Positions 38,355 to 47,968 of a DNA stretch of 64,000 nucleotides are shown in pieces. The notes below the pieces were generated by a model. That model was given only the letters and a program-made list of their open reading frames with translations, did no database searches and was not told where the DNA came from. Made by a program: the position numbers and the translations under genes. Within the stretch, counting starts at the first letter, position 1. Each line of letters starts with the position of its first letter. Source of the DNA: Candidatus Krumholzibacteriota bacterium (lineage in GTDB: Bacteria > Krumholzibacteriota > Krumholzibacteriia > JAJRXK01); the NCBI GenBank assembly GCA_963764625.1, contig CAVXTH010000007.1, positions 160,001-224,000 of the forward strand, written 5' to 3'.

Positions 38355-39692
38355 TCATTGGGCCACCGCATAGAGGAGATTCACTTCCGCGAGCCGCAAG
38401 CGAGACCTCTGCGCCGCGACCGCGATCTCCGCGTCGGAGAGATCGTCCTGGGCATCCAGGAATTCGGTTTCGGTACCCATGCCTTGGCGGTATCGCCCCT
38501 GGACCAGTTCGAGCCGCTGCCGCTCCAGCTCGGCGCGTTGCAGAGCTTTGGTGATCTGCTCCCGCTGCGCGCTCACCTGGGCTTGCGAGATTTTCAGGGC
38601 GCTGGTCAGCTCCCGTTCGAGCTCATCGTGCGAGTGAGCGAGGGCTCGCGCCGTCGCCGCGTGCTGCTCGACCCGCGCCGAACGGCCCCCGGCGTCGAAC
38701 AGGGTCCATTGCAGTCGCAGTCCCACCGCGGCCCAGTCCATCCACTCGTTGTCGATGACACGGACCCCGGGTCGCGCGTAGTGAAACTGCGCGCTCGCGC
38801 TGAGCGAGGGGAGTAGACTCCCCTTCGCGGCACGGCTCTGCTCTTGATTGGCGTGCCGACGCAAACTCAAGGCGTGCAGCTCGGGTCTTTTGCTCACCGA
38901 TGCCAGGCTGTCGGTTTCCTCTTGTGCCGAAAGGAGACTGCTCTCGAGCCGGCCTTGGGGTACCACTTCGCGATCTGGAAATCCGAGTGCGCGTCCCAGT
39001 TGCAGACGACGCATCGAGCGCTGTTCTTGCGCGCCCAGGAGGCGCAGTTCCGCGCCGCTCAGACGCGACTCTGCCTGGAGTCGGGTCTCTGTCGAGGCAG
39101 CACCGGCTTTGACCTGCTGTTGTAGATCCTCCAGGTGACGGCGCAGCCGCTTCACCGCCAGGGTCGCGGCGTCGACCTCAGCCTGTGCTCCGAGCGCCTG
39201 GTAAAAACTGCTTCGCACCTGCTGGATCACACGGAGACTGTCGGCCGCGAAATCGAAACCGCTTGCCTTTGCGGCGGCGCTCTGCGCGCGCTCGCTGGCC
39301 GAGAGGCTTCCCCCGGTGTAGAGCGGAAGCTGGAGATCGGCCATGAGCCCGTAGCTCTCGTTGTCGCCGAAGCGAATGGTGCGCGAGATGGGAGCGGGCA
39401 GATCGAACTGATTCACCTCGCTCTGGTAGTTGGCTTCGGCGCCCACCGAAAGAGTGGGCCAGCGCCGCGCCCCAGCTTCCTCGGCCCTCGCCAGCGCGGC
39501 GCGCTGGCTTTCGCCGGAAGCTTGCAGCCGCGAGGAGTTCATCAGTGCGGTATGGATGCAATGATCGAGGTCGAAGGTCGATGTCGGCTCCTCGGCGTAC
39601 ACTCTAGTGGCGCCCAGCAGGATCAGCCCCAGGCCGAGGCTAAACAACAGGCCCGGGGTCACGAGGCGGCGGCAGGTCGGGGCAAACTTCAT
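38355..39692 (-). CDS. TolC-family outer-membrane efflux protein
   Basis: Signal peptide, LPLYTGG, WTLFDAG, RYRQGMGTETEFLDAQ. Confidence 0.9.
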   Translation of the reverse strand: MKFAPTCRRLVTPGLLFSLGLGLILLGATRVYAEEPTSTFDLDHCIHTALMNSSRLQASGESQRAALARAEEAGARRWPTLSVGAEANYQSEVNQFDLPAPISRTIRFGDNESYGLMADLQLPLYTGGSLSASERAQSAAAKASGFDFAADSLRVIQQVRSSFYQALGAQAEVDAATLAVKRLRRHLEDLQQQVKAGAASTETRLQAESRLSGAELRLLGAQEQRSMRRLQLGRALGFPDREVVPQGRLESSLLSAQEETDSLASVSKRPELHALSLRRHANQEQSRAAKGSLLPSLSASAQFHYARPGVRVIDNEWMDWAAVGLRLQWTLFDAGGRSARVEQHAATARALAHSHDELERELTSALKISQAQVSAQREQITKALQRAELERQRLELVQGRYRQGMGTETEFLDAQDDLSDAEIAVAAQRSRLRLAEVNLLYAVAQ

Positions 39693-40402
39693 GACTCGGA
39701 CTCCTTTGAAGTACGAGGGAGAAGGGCGCGCCGGAGCAGCTCGCGCTGGCCGTTCAGGATCCGTTCCCAACTCTCTTCATCGAGCTTGGGAGCATCGAAG
39801 ATCACGCGCACGATAGGTTCGAGAAAGAGGGGACCGTAGGCGCTCATGAGAAGCAGATTGGCAATGGCACGCGGTTCGCTCGGCGCGATCTGCCCTTGTT
39901 CTTGCGCTTGTGCGATCGCGTCGAAGAGTACCTGGCGAAAGCCCTTGGGACCGGTCTTGCCGAGCTCACTCACGACGGCGAGCGCGTGAGGAGCCCCTTG
40001 CCCCATCTCGTGACGGATGATGGCCAAGCGCACCGGGTCATCCCGAAAGGAGCCGTTGATGCGCCGCACCAAGTTGAGGAGACGATCGAGTGGAACGGCA
40101 TTCTCGTCGGTGAGGGCTCCGGCGATGCTCGAGAAGACCTGCAGCATCTCGCCGGCCAGAACCCGCCGGTAGAGTTGCACCTTCGACCCGAAGTAGTAGT
40201 GGACCATGGCCAGATTGACCGAGGCGCGTTCGGCGATGGCGCGCGTCGTCGTGGCGTCGATCCCCGATTTGGCGAAGGCCTCCCGGGCGGCGGCCAGAAT
40301 CCGTCCGCGCGGGCTGTCCGGCTCGGGCGGCTGCAGTTCACGGGGGATCGCCTCGCGCCAGCGTTGGGCTGGGTTGGGTTGGGGATCCTTGGGAGAATTC
40401 AT
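39689..40402 (-). CDS. TetR-family regulator (CecR/YbiH-like)
   Basis: RILAAAREAFAKSG...TTTRAIAERASVNLAMVHYYFGSK; heads the efflux operon. Confidence 0.9.
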   Translation of the reverse strand: MNSPKDPQPNPAQRWREAIPRELQPPEPDSPRGRILAAAREAFAKSGIDATTTRAIAERASVNLAMVHYYFGSKVQLYRRVLAGEMLQVFSSIAGALTDENAVPLDRLLNLVRRINGSFRDDPVRLAIIRHEMGQGAPHALAVVSELGKTGPKGFRQVLFDAIAQAQEQGQIAPSEPRAIANLLLMSAYGPLFLEPIVRVIFDAPKLDEESWERILNGQRELLRRALLPRTSKESES

Positions 40403-40424
40403 GGCTTCCCTTTCATAGGAAGAA

Positions 40425-40440
40425 TTAATCAAGTGATTAA
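40425..40440. promoter_or_regulatory. Probable TetR operator TTAATCA-AG-TGATTAA
   Basis: Perfect AT-rich palindrome 23 nt upstream of the tetR start; a degenerate second copy follows (to ~40453). Confidence 0.7.
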
Positions 40441-40562
40441 GTCAGACGATTGACTCTGGCAAGGGCGGAAGCCAAATAAATCTTCACCCGGACCACGACG
40501 CGGCGCTCCGTACGGTGCTATTGTGCTGCGATCTCACGACTTCGAGGGGAACCCTGGATCGC

Positions 40563-42846
40563 ATGCGGACCGATCAATCCATCCTTTTCAGCCTGCTTCT
40601 GGTGCTGGCGGTAGCCGGCCCGGCCCGGGCCGCGAGCCCCCGTTTCCTCCTGGAAGGCCGCGTCACCGACCTGGCGGGTACCGCGCTCAGCGGGGTCGAG
40701 ATCCTGGCGAGCGGATTCGATCTGCGGGCCATCACGGCCGGGGATGGAAGCTTTGCGCTCCGCGGCCTCCCCGCAGGCCGGGTGACTCTCATCGTGCGCC
40801 GGCTGGGCTACGCCTCGGTCACCCGGGATGTGGTAGTGCCCCGAAAGGAGCGGCTGGACCTGCAGTTGCGCGAGACCCCCTTCACCCTGCCGGTCTTCGA
40901 AGTCACCGCGTCGCGCGCGCCGCGTCCCCTGTTGGATTCCCCCTTGCCCACTTCGTTTCTCGACGCGCAGTCGTTGACCCGTGAGACGAGCATCTCGCTC
41001 GCGCACGCCTTGGAGACATTGCCCGGGGTTCGCACCGTCTCGACGGGAGCGCAGATCGGAAAGCCCATGGTGCGCGGGCTCAGTGGGGCACGGGTGCTCG
41101 TACTCTCCAATGGCCATCGGGTGGAGGACTACTCCTGGAGCGACGAGGATGGACCGTCGGTCGATCCAGCCTTGATCGAGCGGGTGGAAGTAATTCGCGG
41201 GCCCGCCGCGGTTCTGTACGGATCGGACGCGATCAGCGGCGTCGTGAATGCGATCAGTCCGCAGCTGCCGCGCTCAGAGGAAGGGGAGTCGTTCGTGCGC
41301 GGGAACGCCGGCGTTCACTTCTCATCCAATAGCCGTGAGGGTGGCGCGCGGCTGCGCCTGGAAGGCGCAAAGAGAAATCTAGGCTGGAGGGTCGCGGGTA
41401 CCGGCCGCTTCGCCGAAGCGCTTCACACGCCGGACGGTGAGTTGGAGAACACGGGTTTTGGTGCAGTGACGGGAGACGCCGCGGCCGTACTTCGCGGAGA
41501 GGACAAGGAACTCTCCCTGCAGCTCGCCCATTACGGCGGCGAGTTCAAACTCCTGGAGGCCGGGGGACCGCCGCCGGGTGTGACAGAAGTCGAGGAGGGG
41601 GGACCAGAGCGCAAGAGTTCGGATTGGCGCGTGCAACTCGACGGAAAACGGCGCTGGGACGCCTGGAACCTCGAGACGAAAGCGCAGTGGCAACGACACT
41701 CGCTCATCGAACTCTCCGACGAAGCGCTGGCGGATTCCACCATCCCATCGCCCTCGCCTGGCAATGGTACGACGAAAGAGCAGGAGGCCTTTCATCTCGT
41801 GCTCGATTCCTTCTCATTGGATGTGTTTGCGCGTCACCGGATCGGCCAGAAGATCAAGGGCACGGCCGGGGTGAGTACGCTCTTGCAGCAGAACGACACC
41901 CAGGGACCCATTCCCCTGGTTCCCGACGCAAGGGTAACCTCGGGGGGCGCGTTCGTGTTCGAGGAGGCACGCCTGGGACGGTGGAGCTTGCTCGGGGGGG
42001 CGCGGTCCGACCTGCGATCGCTCTCGGCCGATGCGAATTCCGATCTTGGCCTCAGCTTCCGACGACAAACGCGACTGGACCGCCTTCTCCGGCGATGCCG
42101 GAGTCGTGTTCCGTCCGATGAAGAACCTGGCGCTCTCGATGAATGCGGGCCTCGCATGGCGCGCACCCACTCTGTTCGAACTCTACGCGAACGGACCGCA
42201 GATCGCGGAGGCGCGGTACCTGCGCGGCCGCGCCGATCTGAAGGCCGAGCACGCGTTCGATCTGGACGCGGGCATTCGCTACGGGAGTCCGGGGCTTCGA
42301 GCCGAGCTGTCGGTCTACCGCAATCGGATCGACGACTACGTGGCACTGTCCCCCACCTCGCAGATGATCGACGCCCTGCGCGTGTGGGAATACGGACGAA
42401 CCGATGCCATTCTCCGCGGAATGGAGGCGGGACTCTCGGGCCCGATCGGCGGACCGTTCCGGCTCTCGGGGCGGGTCGATTTGGTGCGTGGTGAAGAGAG
42501 CGTGAGCGGCGATCCCCTGCCCTTGATTCCGCCGGTGCGCGGCGTGTTTGGTGCAGAAGCGGCCTGGCGCAAGCTGTCCTGGGCCGAGCGCTTCCGGCTG
42601 GGGGTGGAGTTCGAAACGGTGGGAGAGAAGCATTGCTTGGCGGCCGACGAAATTCCCACCGCGGGCTACGTGCTGGTGGGATTTTCGGCCGAGGTGGATC
42701 GGGTGTTCCTGGAAAGAGAGTGGGATATCTCCCTGCGCGTGCGTAACGCTGCCAACAAGCGCTACCGCGACTTCCTGAGTCGCTACAAGGAGTTTGCCGA
42801 CAATCCCGGCCGGGATGTGACAGTGCGGGTCGGGACGGCCTTCTAG
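40563..42846 (+). CDS. TonB-dependent receptor with N-terminal carboxypeptidase-regulatory-like domain (frameshift near 42058)
   Basis: Plug LETLPGV...VRGL...IERVEVIRGPAAVLYGSDAISGVVN; WRAPTLFELY; C-terminal PGRDVTVRVGTAF. Confidence 0.88.
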
Positions 42847-42862
42847 CTTCAGCCTCTGAGTT

Positions 42863-43885
42863 CTAGAAGGTCATTCCCAGGGAAAACGCCCCGAATGTGT
42901 CCGCCCCATTCTGTCCTTTGAACTGTTCGCTTCGCCAGACGAGAGTGAAGGTGGCGCACAGCGGCTTGCGGGCCAGGGTCGCCCCGGTCTGCAGATCCGC
43001 GACCACAACGCGCCTCTTCACGCTTGGACTGTCCACCAGAGTATTGCCGTCGAGGAAGAGATCGTGCAGCACCGTGTTCACTCCCATTCCCGCAAAGACG
43101 CACCATTTGATTCTTCGCGTGGAAGTAGAGAGCGCCGGGAAGGGATGGCTCGGACGCATGCCGGTGGGAGGGTAAAAGGAAGCCAGATCGTTCCCCAGAC
43201 GCACCTTGGTTCCCGCCGCGCCCTGAACGAGTACGTTGCCGAGGGTGGCCCCCACGTAGGGCACCAAATCCATCTCGACCTTGCCCACCAGGGGCAACTC
43301 GAAGCCCGAGTGCCCGGTGCGCCAACTGCGTTCCCTTTGCATCAAGATGGCGAACTCATCCGCGAGTTGGTATCCCAGCCTCTGGGCACAGGAGTGTGGA
43401 ATTGGCGGTGCATCCATCGCTGCACTTCTTTGCCGTAGGCATGGGGACCGACGATTCCCAATCGGAGCTCGAAGGCGTCGAACACCCTCGAGTCGTCCGT
43501 CAATACGCTGATCGATCCGTAGAGCCACCCCGCATAGGGCCGGTCGTAAAGAACGGGAAGGGATTCGAGGATATCCTCTGGCGTGTAGAGGTTCTGTCCC
43601 AGCGCGAAACTCGAGCGCCAGTTCCCCTCACCCAGGAAGAAGGGCGCGGACAGTCCCTTGGTCCACCCGGGGGCTCGATCGCGCCCGTGATGTACGCCAG
43701 CCGAAAACCATTGGTATAGTGGCGGTCGTCATGCCCCGGCGTGAAGGCGTCGTTCTCCCACAGCACGTTCCAGGTCCCGCCTCCTCGCGCTGCGGTGGGT
43801 GACGCGCGCGACAATCAAAGGGAGAGACAGAGAGAGCGAAAAGGAGGGAGCGCGACAATTGGGAGTCCAGATCTGTTCGGGCCAT
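42863..43885 (-). CDS. Lipid A deacylase LpxR-family (DUF2219) outer-membrane protein, several frameshifts
   Basis: WENDAF...DRHYTNGFRL, GQNLYTPEDI, DRPYAGWLYG, ATLGNV, FLDGNT, C-terminal F, spread over several frames. Confidence 0.7.
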
Positions 43886-43995
43886 GAGCGCGGAGGCGAG
43901 TCGATTCGGGTATGGAGTGGACTCCAGTATGTGATGCACAACAAGGGTTGAGAACGAAGAGAGGACTCGATCCTCCGCTAGGTGAAAGGGGATCC

Positions 43996-45108
43996 ATGCA
44001 AATCGAACGGAACCGTCTGGAGCGCTACTTCGCTCGTCACGAATTCGAAGTGGAGCACTTGTTGTGCAGCAGTGATTGCGAGAGCTGGTCGGTCCGGGAG
44101 ATCCTCGCTCTCGAACCGGAAGCACTGAACAAATTTCTCACCCTCAGACTGGGCTACACCCCGTCGCAAGGAGATCCCGGGCTGCGCGATCAAATTGCTA
44201 CCCTCTATCGGGAACTCGACGCGGAGCAGATTCTCGTCCATGCGGGTGCCGAGGAGGCAATCTTCAATTTCATGAACGTCGTCTTGACCAAAGATGACCA
44301 TGTGATCGTGCAGGCACCGTGCTACCAGTCGTTGGCCGAGGTCGCCCGAGCGATTGGAGCCGAGGTCAGCGAATGGCGAGGGGATCCCGAGCGCGGTTGG
44401 GAGTTGGACCTTCAGCGACTCGGGGACCTCCTCACCGAACGTACCGCACTGGTGGTCGTGAACTTCCCCCACAATCCGACCGGATTCTTGCCGGACCGGG
44501 AGTTTCTTCTCAAACTATCTCGGCTCTCGGAGTCACGGGGATTTCTGGTCTTCTCCGACGAAGTGTACCGTGGCCTCGAATTCGAAGCAGCGGACCAGCT
44601 CCCGGCTTTCGCCGATTTGAACGAGCGCGCCGTCTCGCTTTCAGTGGTGAGCAAGTCGTACGGATTGGCAGGTTTGAGAATCGGATGGATTGCAAGCCAA
44701 AACGAGCATCTGCTGCGCGAACTCGCTGCCTTCAAAGATTACACAACGATTTGCAGCAGTGCTCCCAGCGAGTTTTTGGCGACCATCGCCCTGCAAAACG
44801 GAGAAAAACTCCTCGAGCGGAACCGCGCGATTCTCCGCGCCAACTTGCACGAGTTGGATGGATTTTTCTCCCTCCACTGCGAACTCTTCGACTGGCAACC
44901 CCCGAAGGCCGGGTCCATCGCCTTTCCGCGCCTTCGCAAGGGGGAGGTCGAGGACTTCTGCGCCCGGCTCCGGGAGGAGTGCGGGGTCCTGCTCCTTCCC
45001 GGCACCGTCTACGGCGCCTACCCCAAGAACTTCCGTATCGGCTTTGGCCGCAAGGACTTGCTGCTTGGCCTCAGTCGGTTCGAGGAGTTCCTGCGGGCGC
45101 ACCCATAA
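43996..45108 (+). CDS. PLP-dependent aminotransferase class I/II
   Basis: NFPHNPTG, FSDEVYRG, SKSYGLAGLRIGW. Confidence 0.92.
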   Translation: MQIERNRLERYFARHEFEVEHLLCSSDCESWSVREILALEPEALNKFLTLRLGYTPSQGDPGLRDQIATLYRELDAEQILVHAGAEEAIFNFMNVVLTKDDHVIVQAPCYQSLAEVARAIGAEVSEWRGDPERGWELDLQRLGDLLTERTALVVVNFPHNPTGFLPDREFLLKLSRLSESRGFLVFSDEVYRGLEFEAADQLPAFADLNERAVSLSVVSKSYGLAGLRIGWIASQNEHLLRELAAFKDYTTICSSAPSEFLATIALQNGEKLLERNRAILRANLHELDGFFSLHCELFDWQPPKAGSIAFPRLRKGEVEDFCARLREECGVLLLPGTVYGAYPKNFRIGFGRKDLLLGLSRFEEFLRAHP

Positions 45109-45187
45109 ACCTTTGCCGGCCCTGGTGCGTCCAGTTCAGCGGAGAGTGCTTTGCCCTCGATTTCCCGATTGGAGTCCAGAATTGCCC

Positions 45188-46174
45188 ATGCGCAGCCCAA
45201 GTTCCCGCTTCAGCTCTTTCGCCCTCTTGTTCCTGACCCTGTCCGCGTGCTCCCGAGCGGGCGGGGGAGGAATGACGGTCCAACCGACCGAGTTGAGCTA
45301 CCTCAGCCACGGAGACACGCTTGTCGCAACGCTGCTTCTGCCCGCGGGGAAGGGACCCTTCCCGGGTGCCGTCATCGTGCATGGATCGGGAAGTAGCGAT
45401 CGCAGAAACCCCTGGACTCAGGCCTACGTGGAGGCACTGGTGCAGCGAGGGATCGCAGTTCTTTACCCGGACAAGCGTGGTTCGGGGAACTCGCAAGGCG
45501 ACTGGCATGCCGCCACTTTCGAACTCTTGGCCGACGATGCTCTCGCTGGCTTCGAGCAACTGCTGGGGGTTCCCAAAGTCGATCCGGAGCGTGCGGGCCT
45601 GATCGGATTCAGCCAAGGGGGCGACATCGTCCCTCTCACGGCCACGCGTTCCACCCGTGTCCGTTTCGCTATCGACGTCTCCGGTTCGGTGGTCCCGCTG
45701 CTGGAGCAGATTGGAGACGAGATCCGTCAGGCCGGACTCCAAGAAGGGTTGCACGAGGAGCAATTGCAGTCGCTGCAAGAGATCCACCGGCTCGGCTCAC
45801 GCTACGCGCTGAACGGAGATGGTTGGCAGGACTATCGAGAGGCTCTTCGCGCGGCGCAGACCGGCCTCTTGAAAGGCAGCGCCGTTCTCGGCGAATTTCC
45901 ACAAACTCCGGATTCAGCGGCCTGGACGTTCGCGCGCGCAGTGGGCAACTTCGACCCTTACCGTACTGGAAGCAACGGATCCGGGTCTCCTCCTCTAGGG
46001 CGGCAAGGATCGGAACGGCGAGGTACCCGAGAGCGTAGAGATCATCGAGCGGACCTTCAGCGCCAGACGCTCCAGCCAAGGCGTCTTGCTCTGCGGGAGC
46101 GAACGATCACGCACTGTTGTGACGACGCCATGGACTTCATCGCGCGCTGGATTCGCGACAAGGGAATCGACTAA
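45188..46174 (+). CDS. Alpha/beta-hydrolase lipoprotein (indels near 45960-46110)
   Basis: Lipobox LSAC, VHGSG, DKRGSG, GFSQGG nucleophile elbow. Confidence 0.8.
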   Translation: MRSPSSRFSSFALLFLTLSACSRAGGGGMTVQPTELSYLSHGDTLVATLLLPAGKGPFPGAVIVHGSGSSDRRNPWTQAYVEALVQRGIAVLYPDKRGSGNSQGDWHAATFELLADDALAGFEQLLGVPKVDPERAGLIGFSQGGDIVPLTATRSTRVRFAIDVSGSVVPLLEQIGDEIRQAGLQEGLHEEQLQSLQEIHRLGSRYALNGDGWQDYREALRAAQTGLLKGSAVLGEFPQTPDSAAWTFARAVGNFDPYRTGSNGSGSPPLGRQGSERRGTRERRDHRADLQRQTLQPRRLALRERTITHCCDDAMDFIARWIRDKGID

Positions 46175-46178
46175 TTGA

Positions 46179-46211
46179 AGCTGCACCCACGGAGACACCG
46201 TGGGTGCAGCT
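46179..46211. terminator. 14-bp perfect hairpin between convergent genes
   Basis: AGCTGCACCCACGG-AGACA-CCGTGGGTGCAGCT. Confidence 0.65.
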
Positions 46212-46262
46212 CCTCGGTCGCCTCTCTGGTCCCTCAATCGCTTCTTCTCGTACCGCATGCCT

Positions 46263-47165
46263 CTACCTGAGTCGCCCGGCCGGATAGTCCAGGGTGACCC
46301 GGCCAAGCTTTTCGAGGAAGTTGTTGCTCACGAATCCCCTTGCCTTCGGATTGGCGAAGTATCCGATTTCGGGCTGAACGATGACGAAGGCGTGGTCCAA
46401 TTCGAGGAGCCCGAACTGGGCTCGGGGGATGCGCGCGACCGGCAGCTCGACCGGCTTGCCGTCGGCACCAGCGCCTTGAAACTGAGTGCTGGGATGCAGG
46501 TCCGGATGGAGTTTGCAGAGTTCCTCCCACACCACAGTGGGTATGTTCACGTAGACATCGGGCGTCGCAAACAAACTGGCCCCGGTGTCGATGCGCAACC
46601 AGGTGGAAAGCCCGCCGAGAGATGCTTCAATGGCCGGAATTCCCTGATCGAGGTTCATGGCGATACCGTTCGACGAGTCTTCAGTCGCGGAGGGGTTGAA
46701 GAGCAGCTGGTGCGTCGCGAAGTCGATCGTAAGCGCGAAGTGTGCGAGCGCATCCGATCCCAGGATCAGGTCGAGCGAACGCCCTTCGGGTGCGAGGCCC
46801 GTCAGCGCGCGCCTGGTGGCCCGAAGGGGAGGTAGCAACAGCGATCCCAAACGGAGGCTGTCGACCTGTACGATTTCACTCGTCACGGTGCCGGTCGTGC
46901 CCACGACCTCCGAGCTATCCAGCGCGACAGCTTCAGCGCTGCAGCGGGGATCGATGGCCGAGGTGTTGGCCCCCGTGTCGAGAAGTGCGAGCCGGGGCGG
47001 TTGTCCCGGCAGCAGAACGTCCACGAAGATCAGACCATATTCCCATTGGAAGGGTATGGGATGCATTGGTGCCGCGCTGGCCAAAGTCGTGTGGGTGAGG
47101 AGGATAAACGTCACGAGGGCAATGAAGCTGGAGGCCGAACTCACTGGGAATCGTCCTCCAGGCAC
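46263..47165 (-). CDS. Secreted two-domain retropepsin-like aspartyl protease
   Basis: LLDTGA and RIDTGA, LILGSD, TIDF/TLDY motifs; signal peptide. Confidence 0.85.
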   Translation of the reverse strand: MPGGRFPVSSASSFIALVTFILLTHTTLASAAPMHPIPFQWEYGLIFVDVLLPGQPPRLALLDTGANTSAIDPRCSAEAVALDSSEVVGTTGTVTSEIVQVDSLRLGSLLLPPLRATRRALTGLAPEGRSLDLILGSDALAHFALTIDFATHQLLFNPSATEDSSNGIAMNLDQGIPAIEASLGGLSTWLRIDTGASLFATPDVYVNIPTVVWEELCKLHPDLHPSTQFQGAGADGKPVELPVARIPRAQFGLLELDHAFVIVQPEIGYFANPKARGFVSNNFLEKLGRVTLDYPAGRLR

Positions 47166-47806
47166 TTGCGGCAGGCTTCATCCGTGAACCGTTTACGGCA
47201 TTCCCTCAGGACTTCCTCTTTCGAGTACTTCTGCAGCGCCTCGCGATAGGCGTTGCAAGGACCCTCGCCCAGCTGGACCGGCGGCTCTTGGTAGAGGACC
47301 TGCCCATCCTTGACCGCGGTGAGCCTCGATCCGCTCGCGTCAGAGCGGAGCTCGATGCTGTCCTTCCCATGCCAGAGGGAAAGAGCGGATCCCTGGACGG
47401 GGTCGGCGACGAACAGTGTGGTCTGACCTTTCCGCGAGTCGAGTGTAAGGCCGACGTTGCCCGACGGAGACCAGGTGACGTAGCCGCCGCGCTCCTGTCC
47501 GGAGTCATCGTAGAGGATCACGCCGGCCGCGTGTTCACCCCGCGGCACCCGCTTTCCCTGAATGACAGCGTCGGGGACATCCCCCGAAATCCGCACGCGC
47601 ACGACGCCCGTAGAGTCCTCCACGACCAGCTCGCGGACTCGTAGCGACTCTCGAGAGGACTCCGGACTCTTCGCCAAGCTGGTGCCGTTGAACAGGGCGC
47701 CGCCAATTCCCACCGCCAAAAGGCCGAGAAATACGACCGCGAGCCACTCGAGGCGCCGAATGCGTCTTTCGTATCCATCGATCAACGTTTTGATCTCGCG
47801 TTCCAT
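47141..47806 (-). CDS. Membrane-anchored hypothetical protein
   Basis: ERRIRRLE + TM, LRVRELVVEDSTGVVR repeats, C-terminal Cys cluster. Confidence 0.7.
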   Translation of the reverse strand: MEREIKTLIDGYERRIRRLEWLAVVFLGLLAVGIGGALFNGTSLAKSPESSRESLRVRELVVEDSTGVVRVRISGDVPDAVIQGKRVPRGEHAAGVILYDDSGQERGGYVTWSPSGNVGLTLDSRKGQTTLFVADPVQGSALSLWHGKDSIELRSDASGSRLTAVKDGQVLYQEPPVQLGEGPCNAYREALQKYSKEEVLRECRKRFTDEACRKCLEDDSQ

Positions 47807-47968
47807 GGGACAACCTACCGGGCAAGGGTATTTTAGGGGAAGGGAGCGATCTCTCTACGCGTGAGGGCGCCGGTGAGTTTCGATGCGCTGGGAAGTGACA
47901 CCCTGTGCTATGTTCGGAGGGCATCCCTGGGTGCTGCGCGCCCTTCGTCACCCGGACAAGCATTGGTC

